Shown in pieces: positions 1-9,671 of a DNA stretch of 64,000 bases. The stretch spans positions 1 to 64,000 of the forward strand of contig DATMFV010000135.1 of NCBI GenBank assembly GCA_035555975.1, in the 5' to 3' direction. A program made the translations under genes and the position numbers. The notes below the pieces were generated by a model. It was not told where the DNA came from. It did not search any database and was given only the letters and a program-made list of their open reading frames with translations. Position 1 is the first letter of the stretch. Every line of letters starts with the position of its first letter. Source of the stretch: Chthoniobacteraceae bacterium (GTDB lineage Bacteria > Verrucomicrobiota > Verrucomicrobiia > Chthoniobacterales > Chthoniobacteraceae).

Positions 1-3000
1 GATGGTAAAGGACTTCGAAGGGGTTGAGCCGCAGGGAGATCGCTTCCGCTGCGCCGGTTTCCAGAACGAGCTGCATCCCGAGCCCGTCCCCGGTCAATGC
101 CGTCGAAAGGGTCGCCTCTCCTGCCGATGCCACGGCGGCCACCGCCTTGAAGGCTTCGAAGTCACGCCCGGAAACCTCCCCGGTTTCAAGCTTTGTCCCC
201 TCCCCGGTCACGGTTTGCGCCACCTTGCCGCCGTAGTAACGGGCGACCACCGGGGCTTCGCCCTCGAAGTAACGCCGCTCCAGCGCCAGCGTTCCACCGG
301 CAGGCTGCGCCGTCTCGTTGCCGACGGCCCAAAGAGAGTCCCAGGCCGAACCGCCGCGGACGACCCACAGGGGAGCCTCCACCTTGGCCCCCGGCACCAG
401 TTTGCGACCGTGGACCATGCTTTCGATCAGGACCGGGTTGGCCTGCGTCATCCATTGGTAGCCGTGCAGGTAGGGCGGATCGAGGTAGACCGCCTCTCTT
501 AGCGCCAGCAGAAAAATCGACCGAAGGTTGCGACGGTAATACTCCCGCAACGACGCCGGGGTAAACTCCTCCGGGCGATAGTAGAGACCGAGTTGATCCG
601 CCCCGTAGCTTACCAGGCAGACGGTCGGTTTCTCTCCAAGCAGGTAGCGGTTGGCCCGGTACCCTTCGCCCAGCGATGAAAACCCCCAAAAGCGTTCGCC
701 CGCCTCGAAGGCGTTGGCCGAAGAGTGGGCCGAAAGCATGTAGGAGACCATCCCGAAGTCCGACCACATGCTCTGCCGGTACCCCTCGGTTGTGAAATCG
801 TTGATCTTCCGGTACCGGTCGACGTGCCCGAAACCGCCGACCAGGTAGGTTCCGCGATCCTGCGAAAAGGCCCGGCCCGGACTCTTGCGTGCGATCTCGT
901 CCACAAACCGGTAGGGCGAGATCTGGCACATGTCGTTGATAAACCCCGGTGAATAGCGGGCGACGAGCTTCATCAGCGCCACCTGGTCTTCGATGAACTT
1001 CTTCCCGAGCGGCGTCTTGAACTCGTTGACGAAAAGCCCCGTGGGCAGATAATACTGCCCGGCGACCAGCGGGTCGTCGCGGTCGTCAAACTTCGGGTAG
1101 AGATCCTCGACGATATAGGCGGCCGTCAGGTTCGGCACGTCGTGGCTTCGGCGCAGGGTATAGTAGTAGTCAAACGAATCCTTGTTCGTCTGAAGCATCC
1201 GTCTGCGAAGGTTTTCGATGGATCCGTAGAGCTGCTGGTGGCGCTCGCCGTGCGCGTAGTCGAGCCGGCCCTTGTACTTTTCATTGTTCCAGTACTTCTC
1301 CGAACCCATGTAGTCGCCCTTGGTATGGTAGGGACCATGCCCCCACTGGTTGCCGATGTAGAACTGGCGGGCGAGGTCAGGCAGGCGCATGTACTTGAAG
1401 TGTTGTGCCACCGGCATGTAGCTATAGATCGGCACATCGGCCACCTGGCGGTAGAGATCGCCAAACGCGGCATGGTAACGGTCGAGCGCGTCAAGGCTTC
1501 CGAAGCTCCCTTTTGCCGGGACGAGCAGGTACTCGATCTCAAAGCTCTCCCCGGGCGCGAGGACCAGCCGCGTCCCCTGCCGGATGACGCCCGTTGGCCC
1601 CACGGGGACCCATTCGGAGATCAGGCTGCTCAGGTTGATGTTCGGGTTGATCCCAAGACCCAGAGCCTTGCCGCTGCCGGAAGCGGCCACAAAAGGAAGG
1701 GTATAGATATACTCGTCGCGTCGGCGCGGAAATGCGAGCTGGTCCTGAATGCCGCTGCCGTCGAAATAGTCGCTTACCGTCGCACCGGGAAACGGAACGC
1801 CGAGCCGGACCTCCAGGCGCTGTTCGGTCGCCGAGCTGTTTTTGAGATTGACCCGCCAGCGCACCAGATCGTCCTCGCCGGAAACAATGGAGTGGGTCGC
1901 CTCGATCCGGTCGTCGAAACGCTGGACGAAACCGGCTTTGCCCGGGTTCGCCTCCCATTGCCCCGCCTCCACGGAAGCAGGCTCCGCCCGCTCCACATCG
2001 AAGCGGAGTTGCAACCCTTCACGCCCTGTTGCCGCTTCGCCAGCGGCGGTTTCCAGCCGGGCGAGATCCCCCCGCCCGGGGTCGAAGGAGAGCCGCAGCG
2101 GCCCCGCTTCCACCACTTTGAGCTCCCCTTCCGGCTCCCGCGAGACTGCCGCGGGAATCACCGGATGGCTGTAGCGGGTCGGGATTTCAGGGTGCTCCAC
2201 GGTGGAGGAAAAGGCATACGCCGGGCGGGCTCCCTCACGCCAGTTTGGCTCAAACCCGCCCCGGTACCGGGCCACCGAAGAGATGCGGAGTTCATCGAGC
2301 AGCAGACCGCTCATGGCAATCGGCCGCTGCGCTGCGGAGATGAGCGCCAACCCGTGCTCGCCCGTGATGTCATGAACGGCGGCGCGGCTCCCGTCGAGGT
2401 AGAACACCAGAGCGCCGTCGGCCCATGTCATGGCAAAGTGGTGCCATTCGTCCGACTCCAACTGGCGTTCGAAGCCGGGGGTCTTGCGGAAATCAACCCG
2501 CCCCTCCACGACTTTTCCCCCAACCGTCACCAGCTTGTAGAAAAGCTGTTGCCGGTTGAGCCGCAGGGTGGCCTGCGTGCGGGTCATTCCCACCCGCGGC
2601 CGTTCGTCGGTCTGTTTGTCGCCGGGGTCCGCCCCTTCCGGGCGAAGCTGCTGGATCGAATAAAAAAAGAGCGCGGCGTCGCCAAACAACGGCGCCGGAG
2701 CCCCCTCCTCTGCGGTGCGGAACCAGAACTCCACGGTTCCCTCGTCGTAACGGAGGTTGCCCTTCGGCCAGAACGCCCATTGCGCGTAGTCGCCCGGCTG
2801 CCCTTTGGCGGCCGCCGGGGCGCGCCCCCGCAGATCGACCCCTTTTCCGTAATAACCCTCCACCAGCGGTGCTCCCGAACCGGCGAAATGCCCCCAGCCG
2901 TTGGCGTAGGTGGCGCGGTAGGCATCGCCTTCAAACTGCCCGAGGAGCAACGTCTCGGCATCGGGCTTGAATGGTTGGCCCGCTTGAGGGTTACCGATAA

Positions 3001-3085
3001 CGCAATGCGGTAAAAGAAGAAGCGAGGCCAGAAAGGAAGCGGCTGGGAGACGGCGGGCGGGCCGCCAGGGAAGAAGGGGGTTCAT
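1..3085 (-). CDS. Large secreted protein with an N-terminal concanavalin/LamG-like domain. Partial: the C-terminus runs off the window start.
   Basis: Manual minus-strand translation from the ATG at 3085 is open to the window edge; the track omits it because it has no in-window stop. It starts MNPLLPWRPARRLPAASFLASLLLLPHC, a signal peptide, then a LamG-like block (TVEFWFR). The rest reads as protein (…YSYMPVAQHFKYMRLPDLARQFYIGNQWGHGPYHTKGDY…). The + ORF 1142..3013 is its antisense. Confidence 0.7.
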   Translation of the reverse strand, partial: MNPLLPWRPARRLPAASFLASLLLLPHCVIGNPQAGQPFKPDAETLLLGQFEGDAYRATYANGWGHFAGSGAPLVEGYYGKGVDLRGRAPAAAKGQPGDYAQWAFWPKGNLRYDEGTVEFWFRTAEEGAPAPLFGDAALFFYSIQQLRPEGADPGDKQTDERPRVGMTRTQATLRLNRQQLFYKLVTVGGKVVEGRVDFRKTPGFERQLESDEWHHFAMTWADGALVFYLDGSRAAVHDITGEHGLALISAAQRPIAMSGLLLDELRISSVARYRGGFEPNWREGARPAYAFSSTVEHPEIPTRYSHPVIPAAVSREPEGELKVVEAGPLRLSFDPGRGDLARLETAAGEAATGREGLQLRFDVERAEPASVEAGQWEANPGKAGFVQRFDDRIEATHSIVSGEDDLVRWRVNLKNSSATEQRLEVRLGVPFPGATVSDYFDGSGIQDQLAFPRRRDEYIYTLPFVAASGSGKALGLGINPNINLSSLISEWVPVGPTGVIRQGTRLVLAPGESFEIEYLLVPAKGSFGSLDALDRYHAAFGDLYRQVADVPIYSYMPVAQHFKYMRLPDLARQFYIGNQWGHGPYHTKGDYMGSEKYWNNEKYKGRLDYAHGERHQQLYGSIENLRRRMLQTNKDSFDYYYTLRRSHDVPNLTAAYIVEDLYPKFDDRDDPLVAGQYYLPTGLFVNEFKTPLGKKFIEDQVALMKLVARYSPGFINDMCQISPYRFVDEIARKSPGRAFSQDRGTYLVGGFGHVDRYRKINDFTTEGYRQSMWSDFGMVSYMLSAHSSANAFEAGERFWGFSSLGEGYRANRYLLGEKPTVCLVSYGADQLGLYYRPEEFTPASLREYYRRNLRSIFLLALREAVYLDPPYLHGYQWMTQANPVLIESMVHGRKLVPGAKVEAPLWVVRGGSAWDSLWAVGNETAQPAGGTLALERRYFEGEAPVVARYYGGKVAQTVTGEGTKLETGEVSGRDFEAFKAVAAVASAGEATLSTALTGDGLGMQLVLETGAAEAISLRLNPFEVLYH

Positions 3086-3146
3086 GATTTGTTTCAGGAA
3101 GAAAGGACAAAAAGATCTGCGGAAATTCAAGACAGGCACAACGTCG

Positions 3147-4241
3147 TCAGGCGGGCGTCAAGGGATGCCCGACGGTTTCGCGAACGACAAGGGAGGGCAA
3201 AAACGCTTCGTTCCGGTCGGAGAGGGTTTCATTGACGATCAAACTCGCCGCCCGCAGGCCGATGTCGACCCGAGGCCGTGAGATCGTCGTCAGGCGGGGA
3301 GGACCGCAAAGCGTCGGTGGAAATTCGAGTTCCTCGGCATCGTCGTACCCGAGCACGGAGATCTCTCCCCCCGGCTTGACGCCATGGCTCTCAAGGTAAT
3401 CAGCCACGGCCCGCGCGAAACTGTCCGAGTTGATAAAAAGGCAGCGGCCCGCCTCTCCCCGCGCCCGGAGTTTCTTCAACAGGTCGGCGGCGACCTTTCC
3501 GCTTCTCCAGGCGTACGGAAGATCGTAGTGGGGGTCGTAAAAATCCTTCATTTCCGAAACCTCCATCCCCAGCTTTTTCGCTTCCTCCATGAAGCCGAAG
3601 ATCCGCCCGTTCCACCGTTCCTCGCGGACCCAGTAGGCCAGAAGCGTTACTTTGCGAAAGCCCCGCTCGTGAAGGAACCGTGCCGCAAGGCGGCCGCCGT
3701 GAAAGTCGTCGATCACCAGCGAGTGAAAATCTTCCAGCGCCTCGAACAGTGCCAGGCGCGGCACCCCGGAGGCGACGATGGTGGCCGCCTCTTCGGGGCT
3801 GAGGTTGCGCCCCAGCACGATCAGGGCATCCACCAACCGGGGCGGCTGCACGAACTTCTGCAACTCCTTGAGATCGCCCGCCTTGAAGTAGTAGAAACCG
3901 AGGTGGTAGCCAGCCTTTTCCAGTTCATGTTGCAACCTGCGCAGGATCGGGAAATGAAGCGGGTTGTAGTAACTGAACTGCTGGTTGATATGAAAGCCGA
4001 CGTTCATCGTCTTTCGCAGGATCAACCCCCTGGCGGCAAGGTTCGGCTTGTAGCCCATCTCACTGGCAAGGGCGCGGATCTGTTCAAGCGTCTCGGGGCT
4101 GATCCGGTCGTTGGATTTCTTGCGCGGCATCAAGGCACGGGAAACCGTCATCGCCGAACAGCCCGCCCGTTTTGCGATCTCGTAAATGGTGACCCGCTTC
4201 TCCGCCTTGGGCCTCTTCTGCTGCGTCGTGGTCTGGTTCAT
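3147..4241 (-). CDS. LacI-family transcriptional regulator. An alternative upstream start lies at 4289.
   Basis: N-terminal HTH KRVTIYEIAKRAGCSAMTVSRAL, followed by a periplasmic-binding-protein-like sugar-binding fold. Confidence 0.8.
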   Translation of the reverse strand: MNQTTTQQKRPKAEKRVTIYEIAKRAGCSAMTVSRALMPRKKSNDRISPETLEQIRALASEMGYKPNLAARGLILRKTMNVGFHINQQFSYYNPLHFPILRRLQHELEKAGYHLGFYYFKAGDLKELQKFVQPPRLVDALIVLGRNLSPEEAATIVASGVPRLALFEALEDFHSLVIDDFHGGRLAARFLHERGFRKVTLLAYWVREERWNGRIFGFMEEAKKLGMEVSEMKDFYDPHYDLPYAWRSGKVAADLLKKLRARGEAGRCLFINSDSFARAVADYLESHGVKPGGEISVLGYDDAEELEFPPTLCGPPRLTTISRPRVDIGLRAASLIVNETLSDRNEAFLPSLVVRETVGHPLTPA

Positions 4242-4314
4242 CCGTAGTGTTGGGCTCGCGTCGAGTGGCGATTGAACCCTGAAAGACAATTCCCCTGCAA
4301 CCCTTTAACACCCT

Positions 4315-5166
4315 TTAACGCTTGCGACGCCGGAGCCACCGGGCCGAGCCAAACAGCACGACCCCTGCGCCGAGCAGCCCGAGCGTCGCCGGTTCGGGAA
4401 TGGGAGCAGGCACCGAAAAATTGTCGATGGCGCTGACACCGCGATAGATGGAGTTCGCCGCCGTTCCAAAAAAGGCATGGACTTCGTCGCCGGCCAATGC
4501 CGACATATCCTGCGACTCAGGGGTGGTGAAAGTATGGGTCGAAATCGCCATCGGTGACCCTCCCTCTCCACCGAAAGAATAGAGCGTGACGGCCACGGTA
4601 TAGCGCTTCTCCTCCGACGAGTAAGTCACATCGCCCGAAAGCTGATACCACTCTCCGCTGGTCAGCGTCACGTTCTGCTCGGACGGTCCCTGGAAATTCT
4701 CCGAGACCCCTCCCGCCACGCTGTTGCCGACGATTCTGATGGTATCTCCGGCAGCCACCCTGCCAATCCCGAAATAGACCTGATTCTGCTCCACCGAAGG
4801 AGAGCTGCCGCCGCCTCCATAAAATGGCGCGTAAGTGGCGCTGGGACCAAACCCGATGAACGCTCCATGCCCGGCGCCGGAAACCGCCGTTACCCATTGG
4901 AATGAGATGGAGAGGGTGAAGGAAACATCCCCGGCAAAGCCGTTCTTCAACACCAGGGTCGAAGCCCCGCCACCATTGTTGGCGGCAACGCCACCGGTCG
5001 ACCCGATGCCCGCATTGGCTCCCCAACTCCAGGTCGTCCCTCCGGTCGAATTGAAATCCGCCATCTGCGACACTTCATTGAAGTCGTAAAGCGTCCGGGC
5101 CGTTGAGGCCGGTTGGACGGCCATCCATCCAATGGCCACACAAAAGAGAAGGAGTGGTTTCATCAT
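4315..5166 (-). CDS. PEP-CTERM domain protein (exosortase substrate).
   Basis: Signal peptide MMKPLLLFCVAIGW; a Gly/Ser/Thr-rich body; the C-terminus IPEPATLGLLGAGVVLFGSARWLRRRKR is a PEP motif, a transmembrane helix and a basic tail. Confidence 0.8.
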   Translation of the reverse strand: MMKPLLLFCVAIGWMAVQPASTARTLYDFNEVSQMADFNSTGGTTWSWGANAGIGSTGGVAANNGGGASTLVLKNGFAGDVSFTLSISFQWVTAVSGAGHGAFIGFGPSATYAPFYGGGGSSPSVEQNQVYFGIGRVAAGDTIRIVGNSVAGGVSENFQGPSEQNVTLTSGEWYQLSGDVTYSSEEKRYTVAVTLYSFGGEGGSPMAISTHTFTTPESQDMSALAGDEVHAFFGTAANSIYRGVSAIDNFSVPAPIPEPATLGLLGAGVVLFGSARWLRRRKR

Positions 5167-5224
5167 GGGGAAAAAAGAAGGAAGGGGTTTAAGGGGGCGG
5201 ATCCAACAGCCTCCAGTGTCTGCC

Positions 5225-5304
5225 CTGAATGCGTTATGGATAACGCATTCAGTTTATATCATTACGAAGCGGTTGGAATGGCGATTGCGTTATCCATAAC
5301 GCAA
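5225..5304. promoter_or_regulatory. Two operator-like palindromes sharing a GCGTTAT-N2-ATAACGC core, upstream of the PEP-CTERM/LacI/secreted-protein gene string.
   Basis: 5225-5252 CTGAATGCGTTAT-GG-ATAACGCATTCAG is a perfect 13+2+13 palindrome. 5285-5304 TTGCGTTAT-CC-ATAACGCAA is a perfect 9+2+9 palindrome. Confidence 0.5.
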
Positions 5305-5373
5305 GAGGCCATTTACGTCAACGTCTCTTTTTGTAAAAATAAAATCCGACGAGTCTCCGAGGGCGAAAAGAAT

Positions 5374-5772
5374 TTAAATCTTCGTGATCCCCGCCAACCG
5401 GAACCCTTCTCCGACGAGGAGTTCGCGCACTTTTTCAAGCTGTCGGCCCTGAAGCTCGATCTCCCCCTCTTTCACGGCCCCGCCGCAGCCGCAGGCGACG
5501 CGCAACTCTTTTGCCAGCCGGGCCAGTTCCGCCTCGTTCGGCATGGGTTCAAACCGGATGACCAGCACGGTTTTGCCGCCCCGGTGCGCCGTCTCTTTGC
5601 GGAGGATCGCACGGCCCCGCGACTTGCCGGAGGGGGTGGAGGGGTCGCCCTGGGCCGGTTCTTCCCCCGGAGGCAACCCTTCCGCCGACAATCCTCCAAA
5701 CGCCGCGAAAAATCCGCCCGCGGGGGAGCGGTCGTGCGAGGTAGGCAAACGTTCCTTTTTGTCGCGCGCCAT
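5374..5772 (-). CDS. yciH: SUI1/YciH-family translation initiation factor.
   Basis: C-terminal GGKTVLVIRFEPMPNEAELARLAKELRVACGCGGAVKEGEIELQGRQLEKVRELLVGEGF matches the SUI1 fold. Confidence 0.75.
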   Translation of the reverse strand: MARDKKERLPTSHDRSPAGGFFAAFGGLSAEGLPPGEEPAQGDPSTPSGKSRGRAILRKETAHRGGKTVLVIRFEPMPNEAELARLAKELRVACGCGGAVKEGEIELQGRQLEKVRELLVGEGFRLAGITKI

Positions 5773-5775
5773 GGG

Positions 5776-6666
5776 TTAAAGAGCTTCGCTCCGCAACGTG
5801 ACGCGGAGCGTCTGCCGTTCGCCGGGGATGACTTCGCGCTGGTTCTCGCGCACGTTCCCGCTCTCCACGCAGACCATCTGCTTCCATTCGTCGTCGCCGA
5901 AGTCGGCCATCCGCTGCGCCTTGTCGATCCACGGGTTCCAGACGACGGTCGATTGCGATCCCGCCTTTTCGACGATGATCCTGCGGTCGAACCCCGGGTC
6001 TTCGATGACGCAGGTCGCCTCCGTATTAAGGTAGGCGCGGTCAAGCTCCCCTTCGAAGCGGATCGGCTTCGCGTTTTGCCGCTTGCGGGGGACCTCCTCG
6101 ATCGCGCTCAGATACTCGGTCTCCTCCAGACCGGTAATCGCGATGTTGCGGACATCGCTCACCGAAAAATAGGTGTGGAGCGCTTCTTCGTAGCGGAAGG
6201 GGGCGCTCCCGGTGTTGGTCACCTCCAGTTCCAGCGTCAGTTCGCTGCCGACCCTTACCCTGTAGCGGGCCACCCAGTCGTTGTTGAACACGGCCCCGGT
6301 CGCCCGGTCGGGTTTGAGCCTTAATTCCACCTGCACCGTCCCGTCGTCCTCCTGCCGGACGGCCTCCGCGGCCCAGGCGCAACGCCGCGCAAACCCGTGC
6401 GCGGGAAGGTCGGCCCCGTCCTGCCGCCCGCCGAACCATGGAAAGATGATCGGCACGCCGCCCCGGATCGGTTCCCCGCCCCGGAAGTGGCTCTTTTCGC
6501 TCAGGAAAAGGAGCGGCCGCTCCCCCGCCTTCGTGTAGGAGGCGACATGCGCGCCGTGGAGATAAATCTGCGCCTTTGCCAGCGGCGAGTCGATCTCCAG
6601 CCGGGGGAGACCGCCCAGCCCCGGGGCCAGCCGCACGCTGTTGGGAAAAACATTGGGTAAGCTCAT
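5776..6666 (-). CDS. D-hexose-6-phosphate mutarotase / aldose-1-epimerase family protein (YeaD-like).
   Basis: IRGGVPIIFPWFG hallmark and aldose-epimerase-like length. It sits 3 bp upstream of the SUI1 gene on the same strand. Confidence 0.7.
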   Translation of the reverse strand: MSLPNVFPNSVRLAPGLGGLPRLEIDSPLAKAQIYLHGAHVASYTKAGERPLLFLSEKSHFRGGEPIRGGVPIIFPWFGGRQDGADLPAHGFARRCAWAAEAVRQEDDGTVQVELRLKPDRATGAVFNNDWVARYRVRVGSELTLELEVTNTGSAPFRYEEALHTYFSVSDVRNIAITGLEETEYLSAIEEVPRKRQNAKPIRFEGELDRAYLNTEATCVIEDPGFDRRIIVEKAGSQSTVVWNPWIDKAQRMADFGDDEWKQMVCVESGNVRENQREVIPGERQTLRVTLRSEAL

Positions 6667-6691
6667 ATCAACATCATTTCGGGCCGTTCCC

Positions 6692-7426
6692 TCATCGCCG
6701 CTGTTTTAAAAAAGCCTGGACGATCGCTTCGGCGATCGCCTCGCGGTGAAGGGGATCGGCGCACCTGGCGGCTTCGCTTGCGTTGCTCAGGAAACCGCAT
6801 TCCACCAAAACTGACGGACCCTGCGAATAACGCAAGACCCGAAAATTGGCCGTTTTGACAAACCGTTTCCGGTGCCCCGCCGTGCGCGAAATGGAGGCGA
6901 GGAGATCGTAGGCCAGGCGGTCGGTCCCGCGTCGATTGTGGTAGATCTCAACGCCGTTGATGTGCCGTTTGGGCGAATCATTGTAGTGGATCGAAAGAAA
7001 AATGGAGTGCCGGTGCCGGTTGGAGATCGCCACGCGGGTGTTGAGCGGGATGAAACGGTCGTCGCGCCGGGTCATCACCGTATTGACCCCGGCGGCGCGA
7101 AGTTTGCGCTCGACCCGCAACGCCGTATCGAGTGCGATGTCCTTCTCCTTGATCAGCCGCCCCGTGCGGCGCGAAAGAGCGCCCGAGTCGTGTCCGCCAT
7201 GCCCGGCGTCGATGACGACCGTGGTAAATTTGGAAACTCCGCCCGGAGAGGCACACCCGCCCAGCCAGCCGACCATGCCCGCGATCGACAAAACCAACGC
7301 CACCCGGCGACACCACTCCCCCACCCTTCCGGATTCCGCTCTACGGCGCGCCGTTCCCCGCCGGGTTCGGGCCAAAAAAGGCCAAAAACCGGCTTGAAGC
7401 CGCACCCAATGAACGAAAACCTGCAT
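6692..7426 (-). CDS. N-acetylmuramoyl-L-alanine amidase (Amidase_3). The true start is probably internal, near the lipoprotein-like signal VALVLSIAGMVGWLGGCASP.
   Basis: VVIDAGHGGHDSGA … ECGFLSN motifs. Confidence 0.75.
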   Translation of the reverse strand: MQVFVHWVRLQAGFWPFLARTRRGTARRRAESGRVGEWCRRVALVLSIAGMVGWLGGCASPGGVSKFTTVVIDAGHGGHDSGALSRRTGRLIKEKDIALDTALRVERKLRAAGVNTVMTRRDDRFIPLNTRVAISNRHRHSIFLSIHYNDSPKRHINGVEIYHNRRGTDRLAYDLLASISRTAGHRKRFVKTANFRVLRYSQGPSVLVECGFLSNASEAARCADPLHREAIAEAIVQAFLKQRR

Positions 7427-7498
7427 GAAAAATCTTCAACCGCCCTTGAAACCGTTTCGCCTTCCGGCGCAGAAGGGAATCTAAAAGGAATCTAAAGG

Positions 7499-9637
7499 AT
7501 GAAAACCAATCGTCTCGCGCAAGAAAAATCACCCTACCTTCTTCAACACCAGCACAATCCGGTCGACTGGCACCCGTGGGGGGAGGAAGCGTTTGAAAAA
7601 GCCCGTCTGGAAGAACGCCCGATTTTCCTCTCCATCGGCTACTCCACCTGCCACTGGTGCCACGTCATGGAGCGCGAGTCGTTCGAAAACGAAGCGGTGG
7701 CCCACCTCCTCAACCGGCATTTTGTCCCGATCAAGGTCGACCGCGAGGAGCGGCCCGATGTCGACCGGCTCTACATGACCTTTGTGCAGGCGAGCACCGG
7801 CAGCGGAGGGTGGCCGTTGAGCGCGTTTCTCACTCCCGACTTGAAACCGTTCTTCGGCGGCACCTATTTCCCGCCTGAAGACCGCTACAACCGGCCCGGT
7901 TTTGTGACGCTCCTGCAACGGATCGCACAGGCGTGGGAGCACGACCGCGAGCGGCTCGTCCAGCATGGCGATTCGGTCGTTTCCACCTTGCAGGAAGCCC
8001 ATGAAACGCCCCGGCAGCAGGCCGAAGGAGGAGCCGCCGACCTGGCAACGCTCGAACGCGCCGCCGCGCGGATCATGAGTCATTTTGACCCGGAAGAGGG
8101 CGGTTTTTCCGGCGCGCCGAAGTTTCCAAGACCCGTCACCTTTCATTTTCTCTTTCGCTACGCCGCCCTCACCCGGGATCGGAACGGGGCCGCAAAGGCG
8201 CGCGAGGCGGCGCTTTTCACGCTGCGGAAAATGGCGCTCGGGGGGATGCACGACCACCTCGGCGGCGGTTTTCATCGCTACTCGGTCGACCGTTACTGGC
8301 ATGTTCCCCACTTTGAAAAGATGCTTTACGACCAGGCGCTGCTCGCCGTGGCGTACCTTGAGGCATTCCAGATCGCAGGGCGGCCGGAAGACGCCGCCGT
8401 GGCCGCCGACATCCTCGATTATGTCCAGGCCAACCTGCTTGGGCCCGAAGGCGGGTTTTACTGTGCCGAAGATGCCGACAGCCCCCACCCCGATGACCCG
8501 TCGCAAAGCGGCGAAGGGGCCTTCTACGTCTGGACGCGCGACGAGATCGCCGACGCCCTGGCTCCCGAAGCCGCTGCGATCTTCAACCGCGCCTACGGGG
8601 TTGAAAAAGGGGGGAATGCCCCGCAGGAAAGCGACCCGCACGGCGAGTTGACGGGCAAAAATACCCTGATCCGCCGCGTTTCGGACGAAGAGCTGGCCGC
8701 GCAGTTCAAAAGCGACCCGGAAACGATCGCCCGGTCGCTTGCCGAAAGCCGCCGCACGCTGCTGACGCTGCGCAACCAGCGCCCCCGCCCGCATCTCGAC
8801 GACAAGATCCTGACCGCCTGGAACGGGATGATGATCTCCGCCTTTGCCAGGGCCGCCCACCTTCTGCCCCAGGAAAACCGCGACGATCTCGGGGTCGCCC
8901 GGCGCGCCGCCGCCTTCCTGCGCCAGCATCTCCAGCGCGACGGGCGGCTGTTGCGCTCGTGGCGCGAAGGCCCCGGGGAGACGCCCGCGTTTGCGGAGGA
9001 TTATGCCTTTACCATCGCCGGTCTGCTCGACCTTTACGAGGCCGGAGCGGGCATCGAATGGCTCCGGTGGGCGGTCGAATTGCAGGAGATCTTCGACCAT
9101 CTCTTCTTTGATGAACGCCACGGTGGCTATTTCTCCACTGCCGGCACCGACCCCGCCCTTTTCCTCCGGATGAAGGACGATTACGACGGGGCCGAACCGT
9201 CGTCGAACTCGATCGCCGTCGCCAATGCGCTGCGGCTGGCCGACCTTCTCGACGATGCCGCGCTGCGTGAACGCGCCGACCGGACGCTGGAGAGCTTTGC
9301 CGACCAGCTCCGGAGGACGCCCGAAGCCGTGCCGCTGCTGCTCGGCTCGCTGGCGTTTTCGCTCAGCGAACCCGAGGCATTCATCGTCGCGGGGACGCCG
9401 GTGGAGCCGTGGCTGCACGAACTGGGAACCCGTTTTCTCCCGTTCCGAACGATCCGCTTTGCCGACGGCGGCGAGGGACAGGCGTGGCTCGCCCGGCGGC
9501 TCGGGTTCCTGCGCGAACTCGCACCGCCCGAGGGGGTTCCCTCCGCGCTTTATCTCTGCCGCGCCCATGCCTGCCTGCCGCCGATCACCGAGTTCAGCGC
9601 CACCGGGGACGAGTTGGAACGCTTTGGGGTGGGGTAG
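7499..9637 (+). CDS. Thioredoxin-domain protein of the DUF255 / YyaL / SSP411 family (N-acylglucosamine-2-epimerase-like C-terminus).
   Basis: [26 protein letters not shown]…[17 protein letters not shown] thioredoxin-like N-terminus; 712 aa. Confidence 0.8.
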   Translation: MKTNRLAQEKSPYLLQHQHNPVDWHPWGEEAFEKARLEERPIFLSIGYSTCHWCHVMERESFENEAVAHLLNRHFVPIKVDREERPDVDRLYMTFVQASTGSGGWPLSAFLTPDLKPFFGGTYFPPEDRYNRPGFVTLLQRIAQAWEHDRERLVQHGDSVVSTLQEAHETPRQQAEGGAADLATLERAAARIMSHFDPEEGGFSGAPKFPRPVTFHFLFRYAALTRDRNGAAKAREAALFTLRKMALGGMHDHLGGGFHRYSVDRYWHVPHFEKMLYDQALLAVAYLEAFQIAGRPEDAAVAADILDYVQANLLGPEGGFYCAEDADSPHPDDPSQSGEGAFYVWTRDEIADALAPEAAAIFNRAYGVEKGGNAPQESDPHGELTGKNTLIRRVSDEELAAQFKSDPETIARSLAESRRTLLTLRNQRPRPHLDDKILTAWNGMMISAFARAAHLLPQENRDDLGVARRAAAFLRQHLQRDGRLLRSWREGPGETPAFAEDYAFTIAGLLDLYEAGAGIEWLRWAVELQEIFDHLFFDERHGGYFSTAGTDPALFLRMKDDYDGAEPSSNSIAVANALRLADLLDDAALRERADRTLESFADQLRRTPEAVPLLLGSLAFSLSEPEAFIVAGTPVEPWLHELGTRFLPFRTIRFADGGEGQAWLARRLGFLRELAPPEGVPSALYLCRAHACLPPITEFSATGDELERFGVG

Positions 9638-9671
9638 GCTCCAAAACCGCCGCGAGACGCGATTCCTTTTT

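Noticed and set aside
1142-3013. 623-aa + strand ORF.
   Set aside because: It is antisense to the real minus-strand gene 1-3085. The composition is Arg/Gly/Pro/Val-rich, typical of high-GC antisense frames, and there are no motifs.
5113-6324. 403-aa + strand ORF.
   Set aside because: It overlaps two convincing minus-strand genes (SUI1 and the epimerase). Its 5' part is the non-coding palindrome region.
7529-9568. 679-aa minus-strand ORF.
   Set aside because: Antisense of the yyaL-like gene. Low-complexity R/G/P composition.
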